Positions 29,201 through 38,975 are shown, counted from the stretch's first letter. The stretch is 64,000 nt of DNA from Candidatus Sulfotelmatobacter sp. (GCA_035568275.1 DATMOO010000150.1:2655-66654), one strand, 5' to 3'. Numbers and translations: made by a program. Notes: generated from the letters alone by a model not told the origin.

Positions 29201-30373
29201 ATGAGCCCCGTCGCTCAGACCCGTGACCGGTACCTCGTCAAGTCCATTATTCACTCCTCACAGCTATTAAGCGCATTTCACTCGCCAGGCGAAGCGTTGC
29301 CACTTAAAGAAATTTGTGCGCGATGCGGCCTGCCAAAGACGATGGTGTTCCGGCTTCTCTATACGCTCGAAAAATGCGGCATGGTCGATAAAGTTGGTCA
29401 AAACCTTTATCAGTCCCGCGTGCGCCCGTGGAAGCAGCGGCTCTACCGTTTGGGATATGCGGCGCAGGGCACCGATTACCAGTTCTCGCGAGAAGTGTCT
29501 GAAGGCTTGCAGCGAGCAGCCGCTGCCGAAGGCATCGAACTCATCTCTCTCGATAATCGCTACAGCGCCAAGACCGCGCAACGAAACGCGGACTTGCTGG
29601 TGCGCGAAAAGGTCGACCTGGCGATCGAGTTTCAAACCGACGAGGAAGTCGCGCCGATCGTCGCGGCAAAGTATCGCGAGGCAGGCATTCCCATGATCGC
29701 GATCGATATCCCTCATCCCGGCGCGACTTATTACGGCGCGAATAACTATGAGGCCGGGTTGATCGGCGGCCGTTATCTAGGCCGATGGGTCAAGGAGCAT
29801 TGGCACTCGGAAGTGGATGAGATTCTCCTGCTCGAGTTGAAGCGGGCAGGGAACCTTCCTCGCATGCGTTTGTCAGGATTGCTGGTAGGAATCAATCTGG
29901 TATTGCCCAGCGCCGCGAATTGTCACGTGACGTACCTGGATGGCGACGGGGAGCTGGGGCCCAGCTTTGAAGCCGTACGAAGACATCTCCGTTCCTCGCA
30001 TGCGCGGCATGTGCTGGTGGGCGCAATCAATGATCCCAGCGCACTCGGCGCATTGCGTGCTTTTCAGGAAGCGGGCCGTTCGGAGAACTGTGCCGTCATC
30101 GGACAAAATGCGTCACCCGAGGGAAGAGCGGAATTGCGTCAGCCCAAAACTCGCTTCGTCGGTTCCGTGGCTTACTTCCCCGAACGCTACGGCGAAAACT
30201 TAATCAGAGTCAGTCTCGATATTCTGAACCAACGTCCGGTGCCGCCGGCAGTATTCGTTGAGCACAAGCTGGTGACGCCTGGGACCGTAGATCACTACTA
30301 TCCGAACGACGCGCTGGCCAACCTGGTTCGAACCGATCCTTTCGACTCAGCCCGGCAACATTTGGCCCACTAG
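29201..30373 (+). CDS. Hybrid transcriptional regulator with an IclR-type winged HTH fused to a periplasmic-binding-protein type-1 (LacI/RbsB-like) sugar-binding domain
   Basis: The ORF frame opens at 29090, with candidate starts at 29141, 29171, 29180 and 29201, none with a clear SD. The HTH (LLSAFHSPGEALPLKEICARCGLPKTMVFRLLYTLEKCGMVDKV) is IclR-like. The remainder (YRLGYAAQGTDYQFSREVSEGL..., IPMIAIDIP, VGAINDPSALGALRAFQEAGR) is PBP1-like. Confidence 0.75.
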   Translation: MSPVAQTRDRYLVKSIIHSSQLLSAFHSPGEALPLKEICARCGLPKTMVFRLLYTLEKCGMVDKVGQNLYQSRVRPWKQRLYRLGYAAQGTDYQFSREVSEGLQRAAAAEGIELISLDNRYSAKTAQRNADLLVREKVDLAIEFQTDEEVAPIVAAKYREAGIPMIAIDIPHPGATYYGANNYEAGLIGGRYLGRWVKEHWHSEVDEILLLELKRAGNLPRMRLSGLLVGINLVLPSAANCHVTYLDGDGELGPSFEAVRRHLRSSHARHVLVGAINDPSALGALRAFQEAGRSENCAVIGQNASPEGRAELRQPKTRFVGSVAYFPERYGENLIRVSLDILNQRPVPPAVFVEHKLVTPGTVDHYYPNDALANLVRTDPFDSARQHLAH

Positions 30374-30597
30374 ATCGAGCTGGCCAATAAAGCCCGTTTG
30401 CGTTCTCTGAGTTTGTTTAGCGCACCCTGCTCATTCCGCAAGCTCCACGCTCTCTAGCAATCACCTGAAAACTTTCTGCAATGCAAAACGAAATGGGTCG
30501 CAAGGTTGCCTGTGGCGCGCAGAAAACGCAATGGAACTTACGCGTGAATCGGTTGCTAAATAACGATTTGGCGCTCACGCCGTCCGCTATCCTGCAG

Positions 30598-30614
30598 GTT
30601 TTTCACCGCGAAAT
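30598..30614. promoter_or_regulatory. Candidate operator site 2 (GTTTTTCACCGCGAAAT), upstream of the TonB-dependent receptor gene
   Basis: 14/17 identical to site 1. It lies 174 nt upstream of the ATG at 30788. Confidence 0.3.
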
Positions 30615-30787
30615 GCGGATGGTTTTCAGGTTGCGAGTTGACGATGCTCGGCAGTCAATGGGAGCATCCGCCCCCAGTAGACGGCGACGTGGGTTTTGGG
30701 GCTGGGGAAAGTTCCATCATCAGGTTTCTGAGACGTGGGATTGATCCCTATTCCACGAAGTTGCAAACGTCGCCAGGAGAAAACCTC

Positions 30788-33700
30788 ATGTCCGCGACGA
30801 CACGCATTCTCTCGTTCTGCCTTTTGATCACTTCAGCAGTGCACTTGTATGCTCAGGGCGGAGCCTACGGAACCATCCTAGGAACTGTCAAGGACAACTC
30901 TGGAGCCGTGGTGGCCAAGGCGGGAGTCGACGTCACCAACGTGGCCACGAATGTAATCAAACACACGGAAACTACCGCTTCGGGGGACTTCACAGTTCCT
31001 TATTTGGCGCCGGGAACCTACCGCGTGACTGTGCAGTCGCAAGGATTTCAGAAGTCTGTCGTGGATAACATCGGATTGGTGGTCGGCCAAGAGGCTCGTG
31101 CCGACGTAGCCCTAAAGACGGGCGCAGTCTCTGAGACTGTAGAAGTTCAGGCCAGCGCCGTCGCGCTCGATACTGACAGTTCGGCGGTCTCACAGCTCGT
31201 AAGCCAGAGGCAAGTAGAGGAGCTGCCGCTCAATGGGCGAAATTTCCTGAGTCTGCTTTTCATCGGCGCCGGTGCTGTCCAGACCGTCGGCGAACAGGGC
31301 CAAATGCGCCAAGGGGCAGGGAATGCCATCAGCATTAACGGCGGGCGGCCTGAGTCCAACAACTATACGCTGGACGGATTGATCAACACCGATACGTCGC
31401 TCAACACTCCGGCAGTGATTCTTTCACAGGATGCCATCCAGGAATTCAAGGTGGCCAGCGAGAATTACGCTGCGGAGTATGGCTACAGCGCCAATCAAGT
31501 CAACATCATCAGCAAGAGTGGCACAAACCAGTTACATGGTACAGCATTCTTATTCGACAGAAACAACGCGTTCGACGCTTACACGCCGACGCCGTTTCAA
31601 ACGACCCCGACCAAGCCGGTGCTGCGTCAAAACCAGTTCGGCTTTGTGGTCGGTGGCCCGGTATACATCCCCAAAGTTTACGACGGACGCAACAAGACGT
31701 TCTTTTTCGTGAACTATGAGGGCTGGCGAATTGCGAATGGATATATCCAGAATGGAATTGTTCCTACGGCGGCGGAACTGAATGGGGATTTCTCGGCTAC
31801 CGGCCTTCCGGCCTTCGATTTGACCGCGGGATCGCCCTGCCAACTGGCACTCACTTCAAGCCCGAACGCGCTACCCTGCATGCCGGGCGACCCCCAAACC
31901 GGCCTGGCATTTACCGGGCCCGTTCCCGCAAACCGTTTTTCACGCTTGGCGACGGTAGCGCTTGCGGCCAACGTCATTCCGAGCCCGACTCCGGCCTGCG
32001 TGAGCAACCCCGGTTCGTGTGCGGGCGGTAACTACCAGTTGGTTCGAACGCTGCCCAACAACACCGACCAGCAGACCTACAAGCTTGATCAGACCCTGGG
32101 CCGTTTCGGATCGGTGTTCTTCCGCTACACGAAGGCAGACTTTTCAAATGAGAACCCACAGAACCTCGGAACAGAATTTAGCCTGAATCAGTTTACGCAA
32201 AACAGCACCAGTTGGATGGTTTCGCACAACATTCCCCTTGGGCACAGTATCGTCAACAGTTTTCGCTTTGGACATCTGGATGCCATTGCCATCCAGGGTG
32301 CGCCAGCTGCGTCGAGCAGCCAGATTTCTGCTTTGGGCGTGACTGGGGTCTTCACCAACCTTCCAGCAAGTTACGCGGCAGGTTTCCCCACGATCAACTT
32401 TGAGGGAGCTCTGCTGGGCAGCTACGGCAGCCCGGGTAACAACCCGACGACCAGCGACGTACCGACGTGGGAATTCTCCGATTCCATGACTATGGTGCAC
32501 GGAAAGCACACCATCGGAGTGGGATTCGACTATCGCCGCTTTATTTCGAAGAGAAACCTCTCCGGAAACTTCTTGGGCGGTTATAGCTACACTAACAACA
32601 ATGTCCTGACCAACAGCAACACCGTAGGGGGTGTTCAGCAGTGTGCGACCTCCCTCTGTAGCACAGGGAACGAAGTAGCGGATTTCCTTCTCGGCTATTA
32701 CAACGGTGCCAACACGTTTCAACCGGGACCTTTCAGCAATCCAAGTATCGCCGGCAACTTGAATCAGTACCACTTTATGTACTTTGCTCCGTATGTGCAG
32801 GACGACTGGAAGGTGAACAGCCGCCTTACTTTAAACCTCGGACTGCGCTGGGACTACCGATCTGTGCCTTATGAACAGAGTAACAAGTTCTTCTGGATCG
32901 ATGATCAGAACACGAGCGGTGGAGGATTGTGTTTCGCTGATCAGGCCTTGGCAAACGACGGTGTCGCGCCGCCAGGGAACGGCTTCTATCGTTATTGCGG
33001 CCGGCACAATCCTGCCGACGGTTCCAAAACTCCATTCGCCCCCCGCCTTGGGTTTGCCTGGCGTCCGTTCGGCGGCGACAAGACAGTGGTCCGCGGTGGC
33101 TACGGAATCTTCTGGGATTCATCGGAGAGCCGCGAGATAGACGATTCCGGCGACCTATATCCTTTTGTCGAGCGCACTTCGCTTTCACCCAATTCGCAAT
33201 CGGCCACTGCAGCGCCCAAGTTGACCGATCAACTGTTCCCCGCTCAGACTGCGGTTGTTCCCGTGACCGCTCCGAATAGTCAGTTTGTTGCGGTCATTGT
33301 TTCCGACCACCCAAGGAATCCCTACGTGCAACAGTACACAGTCTCGGTGCAGCGTGAGGTGGCTCGCAACACCACGCTCGAGGTGAACTACGTTGGGAAT
33401 CGGGGACTCCATTTACTGGATCGCATCGACCTCAACACACCTTCCGTCTTGACCGGAACCCAACTGGCAACTTGCCAGGCGGCGTTTGCCGGCCTTCCCG
33501 CAACCAATAACATCTATCTCGCGAACCAGTGCCCTTTCTATGCACGTCAGCCCCTGCCTAACTTTGCAATTCCCGGTCCTTTGAATAGCTCGTGGACCGG
33601 CTACTCCAATTACAACGGCGGGAATGTGAAACTGGAACATCGTGGAGGCAGTTTCGCGCTGTTGACCGTTTACACCTACGCAAAGAGCATGGACGACAAA

Positions 33701-34372
33701 TCCGCTGCCGCCGGGATCGGAGCCAATGGCGCCGGCTTTGCCGGACATATGGACGATCTGAATCCGCACCTGGACTACGCTCCCTCAGATTTCAGCGTGA
33801 AGCATCGTTTCGTGAACAGCATCGTTTACGCCCTTCCGGTGGGGCGTGGAAAGCGCCTCCTGGGTGACATAAATAAGGCAGAAAATATGCTGATTGGCGG
33901 ATGGCAACTGAGTATGATCACGACATTCCAGACCGGATTCCCTTTCTCGATAAACGCGTCAGATCCGGGAGCCTATTTGAGTTTCGGGATGCGCGCCAAT
34001 CAATCGGGCAGTCCCAGCCCGATTGGCGGGAAGAACATTAATCATTGGTTCAACGTCTCTGCATTCACTCAGCCCGCCTTCGGTGTATACGGTGACTCCG
34101 GACGGAACATACTCACTCAACCAGGAATCAATAACTGGGATATCGGACTGGGCAAGACGTTCCAGTTCACCGAAAGGGTTGGTTTCCAGTTCCGGGTTGA
34201 AACTTTCAACACGTTTAACCACACTCAGTATGGGGTCGACCCAACTACCCAGGCTTCCGGGGGACCGGGCCAAAGTGCGGTTGATGGAACTCTCGGGACT
34301 GTTCAATTCGGGGAGGTCACCAGCGCTCGTCCTGGCCGAATTATTCAGTTCGGCGGCAAAGTCATCTTCTAG
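30788..34372 (+). CDS. TonB-dependent outer-membrane receptor with an N-terminal carboxypeptidase-regulatory-like domain (Acidobacteria-type, ~1190 aa)
   Basis: ATG 30788 has GGAGA upstream. It has a signal peptide (MSATTRILSFCLLITSAVHLYAQ), a CarboxypepD_reg-like fold (GTILGTVKDNSGAVV...GTYRVTV), a plug region (LPLNGRNFLSLL), a long barrel and a terminal aromatic residue (...GGKVIF). Confidence 0.9.
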   Translation: MSATTRILSFCLLITSAVHLYAQGGAYGTILGTVKDNSGAVVAKAGVDVTNVATNVIKHTETTASGDFTVPYLAPGTYRVTVQSQGFQKSVVDNIGLVVGQEARADVALKTGAVSETVEVQASAVALDTDSSAVSQLVSQRQVEELPLNGRNFLSLLFIGAGAVQTVGEQGQMRQGAGNAISINGGRPESNNYTLDGLINTDTSLNTPAVILSQDAIQEFKVASENYAAEYGYSANQVNIISKSGTNQLHGTAFLFDRNNAFDAYTPTPFQTTPTKPVLRQNQFGFVVGGPVYIPKVYDGRNKTFFFVNYEGWRIANGYIQNGIVPTAAELNGDFSATGLPAFDLTAGSPCQLALTSSPNALPCMPGDPQTGLAFTGPVPANRFSRLATVALAANVIPSPTPACVSNPGSCAGGNYQLVRTLPNNTDQQTYKLDQTLGRFGSVFFRYTKADFSNENPQNLGTEFSLNQFTQNSTSWMVSHNIPLGHSIVNSFRFGHLDAIAIQGAPAASSSQISALGVTGVFTNLPASYAAGFPTINFEGALLGSYGSPGNNPTTSDVPTWEFSDSMTMVHGKHTIGVGFDYRRFISKRNLSGNFLGGYSYTNNNVLTNSNTVGGVQQCATSLCSTGNEVADFLLGYYNGANTFQPGPFSNPSIAGNLNQYHFMYFAPYVQDDWKVNSRLTLNLGLRWDYRSVPYEQSNKFFWIDDQNTSGGGLCFADQALANDGVAPPGNGFYRYCGRHNPADGSKTPFAPRLGFAWRPFGGDKTVVRGGYGIFWDSSESREIDDSGDLYPFVERTSLSPNSQSATAAPKLTDQLFPAQTAVVPVTAPNSQFVAVIVSDHPRNPYVQQYTVSVQREVARNTTLEVNYVGNRGLHLLDRIDLNTPSVLTGTQLATCQAAFAGLPATNNIYLANQCPFYARQPLPNFAIPGPLNSSWTGYSNYNGGNVKLEHRGGSFALLTVYTYAKSMDDKSAAAGIGANGAGFAGHMDDLNPHLDYAPSDFSVKHRFVNSIVYALPVGRGKRLLGDINKAENMLIGGWQLSMITTFQTGFPFSINASDPGAYLSFGMRANQSGSPSPIGGKNINHWFNVSAFTQPAFGVYGDSGRNILTQPGINNWDIGLGKTFQFTERVGFQFRVETFNTFNHTQYGVDPTTQASGGPGQSAVDGTLGTVQFGEVTSARPGRIIQFGGKVIF

Positions 34373-34400
34373 AAGCTTGGCAGTAAACCAAGCAACCCAC

Positions 34401-34434
34401 CGCCAGGCCGACTGTGGCCTGGCGCGATTTTTTT
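34401..34434 (+). terminator. Rho-independent terminator after the receptor gene
   Basis: A 9-bp stem CGCCAGGCC/GGCCTGGCG with loop GACTGT, followed by CGA and T7. It is preceded by the 13-mer AACCCACCGCCAG, which it shares with the two attenuator hairpins. Confidence 0.7.
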
Positions 34435-34450
34435 GAGGTACACTCGCTCC

Positions 34451-35650
34451 GTGAAAGGCCGCCACGCATTCAACTGGGCTGTACTGGTTGTGCTGGTCCT
34501 CGCGGCCTCCGCCGCGTGCGCGCAGGACACAAGTTTGGTCGAACGCTACGCCGAGGAAGGGCAATCCGCCCTGGCAGCTGGACGTTATGCAGAGGCTGAG
34601 AAGGCGTTTGAAAAGCTGCGACAACTTGAGCCGGGGATGGCTGAAGTTCATGCAAATCTCGGCTTGATCTATTTCCAAGAGCGCAAGTTTGAACAGGCCG
34701 TTCCCACTCTGCGGCAAGCATTGAAGCTGAAGCCTGCTCTGACCAAGACCGACAATCTTCTCGCGATGTCGCTCTCAGAACTTGGTCGCTACAGTGAAGC
34801 CGTCCCGGGACTGGAGAAATGCCTTCATCATTCTTCCGACACCGAAATCAAGCGCATGTGCGGCCTGGAATTGCAGCGCGCCTACACTGGCCTGAAGAAA
34901 GACGACAAGGCGGTCGAAGTTGCGATGCAGTTGAACCGACTCTTCCCGGACGATCCCGAGATCCTATATCAGACCGGAAAGATCTACGGGAACTTCGCTT
35001 TTCTCACCATGGAGAAGCTGGCGCAAGTTGCTCCAACGTCGGTTTGGAAACATCTGGCGGCGGCGGAAGCACACGAGAGCCAGGGGTCTTACGTTCTGGC
35101 GATCCCGGAATATAACGAAGTGCTGAAGTTGGAGCCACAACGCCCGGGGATCCATTACCGCATCGGCCGAAGTCTGCTTGGGCGCTATTGGCAACGCCAC
35201 TCGTTGGAAGATCTCACGGCCGCGGAAAAAGAATTCGAACAGGAATTACAAATCGATCCCGCCAACGCAAATTCCGCTTACGAACTTGGCGAACTCCGCC
35301 GCAAGGCTAATCGATTCGACGAAGCGCAACAATACTTCGAACAGGCGTTGCAGCACTATCCGGATTTTCCCGAAGCACAACTGGGCCTCGCGGCAGTGTT
35401 GCAGGCCAAGAAATTGAACGACCAGGCCGTGATCCATGCGCAACGGGCTGTTGCCATCGATCCCGAGAACGAAGTCGGCTGGTATCGTCTGGCCCAGATT
35501 CAGAAAGCGCTGGGCCACAATGCCGAACAGGAAAAGGCGCTGGCCGAATACCGGCGTTTGCATGACCGGTCAAGCCAGCAGCGTGGTTTGGAACCCGTAT
35601 TTGCTCCTCGTGAAGTGACAAAGCAGGAGGTCGAACCAGCCGCGCAATGA
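34451..35650 (+). CDS. Secreted TPR-repeat protein
   Basis: The ORF frame opens at 34433 (a TTG inside the terminator T-run), so GTG 34451 with GAGG upstream is preferred. It has a signal peptide ending LAASAACAQ and multiple TPR units (AEAEKAFEKLRQLEP..AEVHANLGLIYFQERKFEQA...). Confidence 0.8.
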   Translation: MKGRHAFNWAVLVVLVLAASAACAQDTSLVERYAEEGQSALAAGRYAEAEKAFEKLRQLEPGMAEVHANLGLIYFQERKFEQAVPTLRQALKLKPALTKTDNLLAMSLSELGRYSEAVPGLEKCLHHSSDTEIKRMCGLELQRAYTGLKKDDKAVEVAMQLNRLFPDDPEILYQTGKIYGNFAFLTMEKLAQVAPTSVWKHLAAAEAHESQGSYVLAIPEYNEVLKLEPQRPGIHYRIGRSLLGRYWQRHSLEDLTAAEKEFEQELQIDPANANSAYELGELRRKANRFDEAQQYFEQALQHYPDFPEAQLGLAAVLQAKKLNDQAVIHAQRAVAIDPENEVGWYRLAQIQKALGHNAEQEKALAEYRRLHDRSSQQRGLEPVFAPREVTKQEVEPAAQ

Positions 35651-35664
35651 GCCCATGCATCTAG

Positions 35665-37176
35665 CTAGGGCAGCGTCACAACGGCCACGGAATACCCGCC
35701 TAGGCTCACTGTCTCGCCACCTAGTTTCGTCATGGCGGGAGGCTGGAAACCGGTAGTTTGATCGACGTAGTCCAGCTGTCCGTCGCTGGCGCCTGTTACC
35801 GCAACATCGAATTTCCGATCGCGCTTGTTAACCAAGAGCATGCGATGTTTGCCGTCGTGCGTGACGAAGGCCAGAGAGTAGACATAGGGATTGTTCGGCA
35901 TAGTCTCAATCTCGACCTGCTTATCGCCTGGGCCGAAGTGGTCGTGAAGCAGCTTGAGCACCCAGAAGCGCGCGTTTGGCTTCCCGTCATTCCAATCAAC
36001 CATCGAGACGCTGGGGAATTGCGTGGGAAATCCGACAAGCTGTGACTCTCCGGCCACATCGATGCCGATTTGCGTAAGTTCGCCGAAGAGATATGCGTAC
36101 ATCGCACCAGCCAAGTTCCAGTAGGAATTTGGAATTGGCTGAGCCACGTGTCCCGGGGTCCCCTGAGCAAGATCATCGGCGGAAATCACGCCGAGTTCGT
36201 CGATCGTCGTCTTCGTCTCAGGAGACAATCGCCTGCGGATGGCCTCCACGTAGCGCACGGTCTTGAGGAATCCGTCTGCCTGAGCGAAATACGTGAACTG
36301 CTCCACTTCCGGAGTCTCGTCAACCGAAGGAACTGCATAAAAATGGTAGGAGATGAAATCCAACGCCACGCCCGGCTTGTGGTTCTTGTGATCAAGAAAA
36401 TACTCAAAGTAGTGCGGATCGGTGGTCATGGCCAGAGCCAGCCCGACGAATTTCATGTCAGGCTGAACCTTCTTCATTGCTAAGACGACTTCGTCATAAA
36501 GCTTGGTGTAGGTTTCCGGCGTAATGTGGTGCTCGAAATCGATTTCATTCAGCACCTCCCAGTAGGGTATCGAGTAGTGGTATCCAGATTCGTGACGCTT
36601 GCCGAATTCATCGGTGAAGCCACCCTGCGTGTACCACGAGACGAGCCGGGCATAGTAGTCGGCGACTTCCTTCATGCTGGGATCGCGAAGCTCCGTCCCC
36701 TGCTCGTACGTCCAGATCACCTGCGCTGGATCTGCAGGATATGCGACTGGTTTGTCGGTGACGTACATCCATTGCGGGATTGTGCTGAAGTTGAGAATGA
36801 CGGAATGTCCCTTCGTCGCTTCCAGAAAGTCGATAGTCATGGGATCGATCGGCGTAAAGTCCCAAGACGTTCTCCCATCTTTTGGGGGTTCCAGTTCGGC
36901 GACCCCGAGCTTCGGATAGGGAAGCCATGGAACGTAACGCACATAGTCCGCTCCGAGATCATGAAGAGCCTTGAACGCATTGTCATGCACGGGCGTGCCC
37001 CGCTGCAGAGGAGGATTGACCACAACCTGCAGCGTCGAGGTTGTCTGGGAAGTGTGGATGACCTTATCCCAGTGCGGCGTGACTTTGATGGGCTGTTCCT
37101 GAGCAGAGGAAGCCAAAGCGCAGCATATGAGAACAGCGATGTTCGTCATAATTCGTGACGCGAACCGAATGCTCAT
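35665..37176 (-). CDS. Secreted glycoside hydrolase, (beta/alpha)8 clan GH-A type (family not assignable by eye; GH39/GH30-like)
   Basis: It has a signal peptide and a TIM-barrel with an acid/base-type NE motif (YWEVLNEIDFEH). It is divergent from the isomerase gene. Confidence 0.6.
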   Translation of the reverse strand: MSIRFASRIMTNIAVLICCALASSAQEQPIKVTPHWDKVIHTSQTTSTLQVVVNPPLQRGTPVHDNAFKALHDLGADYVRYVPWLPYPKLGVAELEPPKDGRTSWDFTPIDPMTIDFLEATKGHSVILNFSTIPQWMYVTDKPVAYPADPAQVIWTYEQGTELRDPSMKEVADYYARLVSWYTQGGFTDEFGKRHESGYHYSIPYWEVLNEIDFEHHITPETYTKLYDEVVLAMKKVQPDMKFVGLALAMTTDPHYFEYFLDHKNHKPGVALDFISYHFYAVPSVDETPEVEQFTYFAQADGFLKTVRYVEAIRRRLSPETKTTIDELGVISADDLAQGTPGHVAQPIPNSYWNLAGAMYAYLFGELTQIGIDVAGESQLVGFPTQFPSVSMVDWNDGKPNARFWVLKLLHDHFGPGDKQVEIETMPNNPYVYSLAFVTHDGKHRMLLVNKRDRKFDVAVTGASDGQLDYVDQTTGFQPPAMTKLGGETVSLGGYSVAVVTLP

Positions 37177-37395
37177 GCAATTCCTCCAGGGACATCGAAA
37201 GCAAGTACAGAATGCTGCACCAGCCTGTATTCGACGTCAACGCTCAATCTACAGACCGAAGCCGATTTCGTCATAAGAAACAATGGGGAATGGCATCGAA
37301 GCGGTTCAACATGCTCTTTGCCAGCGAATCCTTGTGCAAAGGACATGGCATCGAAAGCTGCGACTCTTCGAAGTTTTTCCGGTATAGACTCGCGC

Positions 37396-37412
37396 GTTTC
37401 GCACTTCGAAAT
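37396..37412. promoter_or_regulatory. Candidate operator site 3 (GTTTCGCACTTCGAAAT), in the divergent GH / isomerase promoter region
   Basis: 15/17 identical to site 1, and 17/20 over the extended GTTTCGCAC..CGAAAT.CC. It lies 92 nt upstream of the ATG at 37504. Confidence 0.4.
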
Positions 37413-37503
37413 GCCGCTCTAGGTAGGCGGGAGGCTTGTGGCTCGGACGAACACGGGCTATGCTTCCCGATTTACAGGTCTTTGTCAACGGGACATTTTC
37501 AGA

Positions 37504-38940
37504 ATGAATTCATCAGACGATCAACTCAAGGTCGGACTCTTCGGCATCGGTCTGGATACGTACTGGGAACAGTTCCCCGGGCTTAGGGATAGGCTCGTTG
37601 GATTCACTGAGCAAGTTGCTCGAAAGCTCGAGAGCTCTAGGGTAAGAGTAGTCAATCTCGGACTCGTCGATACTCCCGAGAAGTCCTTCGCAGCTGGGCA
37701 CGAGTTTCGCAAAGCAGATGTTGATCTGATCTTTCTATACGTCACGACTTATGCTTTGTCTTCGACCGTGCTCCCTGCCGTCCGACGCGCGAAAGTGCCG
37801 GTCATTATTCTGAATCTCTCACCTACTCCCGCCGTTGACTATGAGCGATTCAATCGGTTGGGAGACCGCACTCAGATGACCGGTGAGTGGCTTGCCTTCT
37901 GCCAGGCTTGCCCCGTTCCGGAGATCGCAAACGTTTTTAATCGCTGCCGCATTCCATTCTTTCAGGTGACCGGAACGCTCGATGACGATCCGGTCGCCTG
38001 GGCTGAGATTTCCGATTGGGTCGAAGCGGCTCGCGTCGCGCATGTGATGGAGCACAACCGCCTTGGAGTGATGGGTCATTACTACGGAGGCATGCTCGAC
38101 ATTTACTCCGATCTCACGCAGCAATGTGCTTACTTCGGAGGCCACATCGAGATCCTTGAAGTCGAAGAACTGGCCGCCCTGCGACGCGACGTCAGCGAAG
38201 CCGATGCGATCCGCAAGGTCACGGAGCTCAGGAGTGCCTTCGATGTGCAGGCCGATTGTTCCCTGGACGAACTGCTGCGCGCCGCTCGCACTTCTGTGGC
38301 TTTGGATCGTTTGGTCGAGCGACACAATCTCGGCTCGTTCGCGTACTACCACAAGGGCGTGGGCAGTGCGGACAACGAGGACACGATCAGTTCGATCATA
38401 CTGGGCACAAGCTTGTTGACTGCGCGTGGTGTGCCGGTCGCGGGAGAATACGAAATCAAGAATGTTCAGGCAATGAAAATCCTCGACACGTTCGGTGTTG
38501 GAGGTTCTTTCACCGAATACTACGCCGTGGACTACAGCGACGATGTCGTGTTGATGGGGCACGACGGCCCGGGTCATATTGCGATCGCCCAGGGAAAAAC
38601 CAAAGTCCGGCCGCTGGACGTATATCACGGAAAGGTGGGGCACGGACTCTCGGTGGAGATGTCTGTGAAGCATGGTCCAGTAACTTTGCTGTCCGTCGTG
38701 CAAACCGTCGACGGGAAGCTCAAGTTGCTGACCGCGGAAGGAGAGTCAGTGCCCGGGCCGATTCTGGAAATCGGCAACGCCAACAGCCGGTACCGATTTG
38801 CTCTCGGAGTGAGAAACTTTATGAGTGAGTGGAACGGGCATGGCCCGGCGCATCATTGCGCTGTGGGAGTGGGGCACGTTTCCGGCAAGCTGAAGAAGTT
38901 GGCTGCTCTCCTCGCGATGGAATGCGTTCAAGTGTGTTAA
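37504..38940 (+). CDS. L-arabinose isomerase family (AraA-like) sugar isomerase
   Basis: The start is taken at MNSSDDQLKVGLFGIGL. The C-terminal half follows the AraA pattern (VAGEYEIKN...GGSFTEYY..D...VVLMGHDGPGH...GPAHHCAV). The substrate is uncertain. Confidence 0.75.
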   Translation: MNSSDDQLKVGLFGIGLDTYWEQFPGLRDRLVGFTEQVARKLESSRVRVVNLGLVDTPEKSFAAGHEFRKADVDLIFLYVTTYALSSTVLPAVRRAKVPVIILNLSPTPAVDYERFNRLGDRTQMTGEWLAFCQACPVPEIANVFNRCRIPFFQVTGTLDDDPVAWAEISDWVEAARVAHVMEHNRLGVMGHYYGGMLDIYSDLTQQCAYFGGHIEILEVEELAALRRDVSEADAIRKVTELRSAFDVQADCSLDELLRAARTSVALDRLVERHNLGSFAYYHKGVGSADNEDTISSIILGTSLLTARGVPVAGEYEIKNVQAMKILDTFGVGGSFTEYYAVDYSDDVVLMGHDGPGHIAIAQGKTKVRPLDVYHGKVGHGLSVEMSVKHGPVTLLSVVQTVDGKLKLLTAEGESVPGPILEIGNANSRYRFALGVRNFMSEWNGHGPAHHCAVGVGHVSGKLKKLAALLAMECVQVC

Positions 38941-38975
38941 AGCTAAGGCTCAGTATGGTCGCTCTGAACCTTTCC

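Noticed and set aside
30481-30744. Small intergenic ORFs upstream of the receptor (30481-30744) and of GH78 (39080-39265).
   Set aside because: They have no SD and poor composition, and they overlap the candidate operator/promoter regions. They are likely non-coding.
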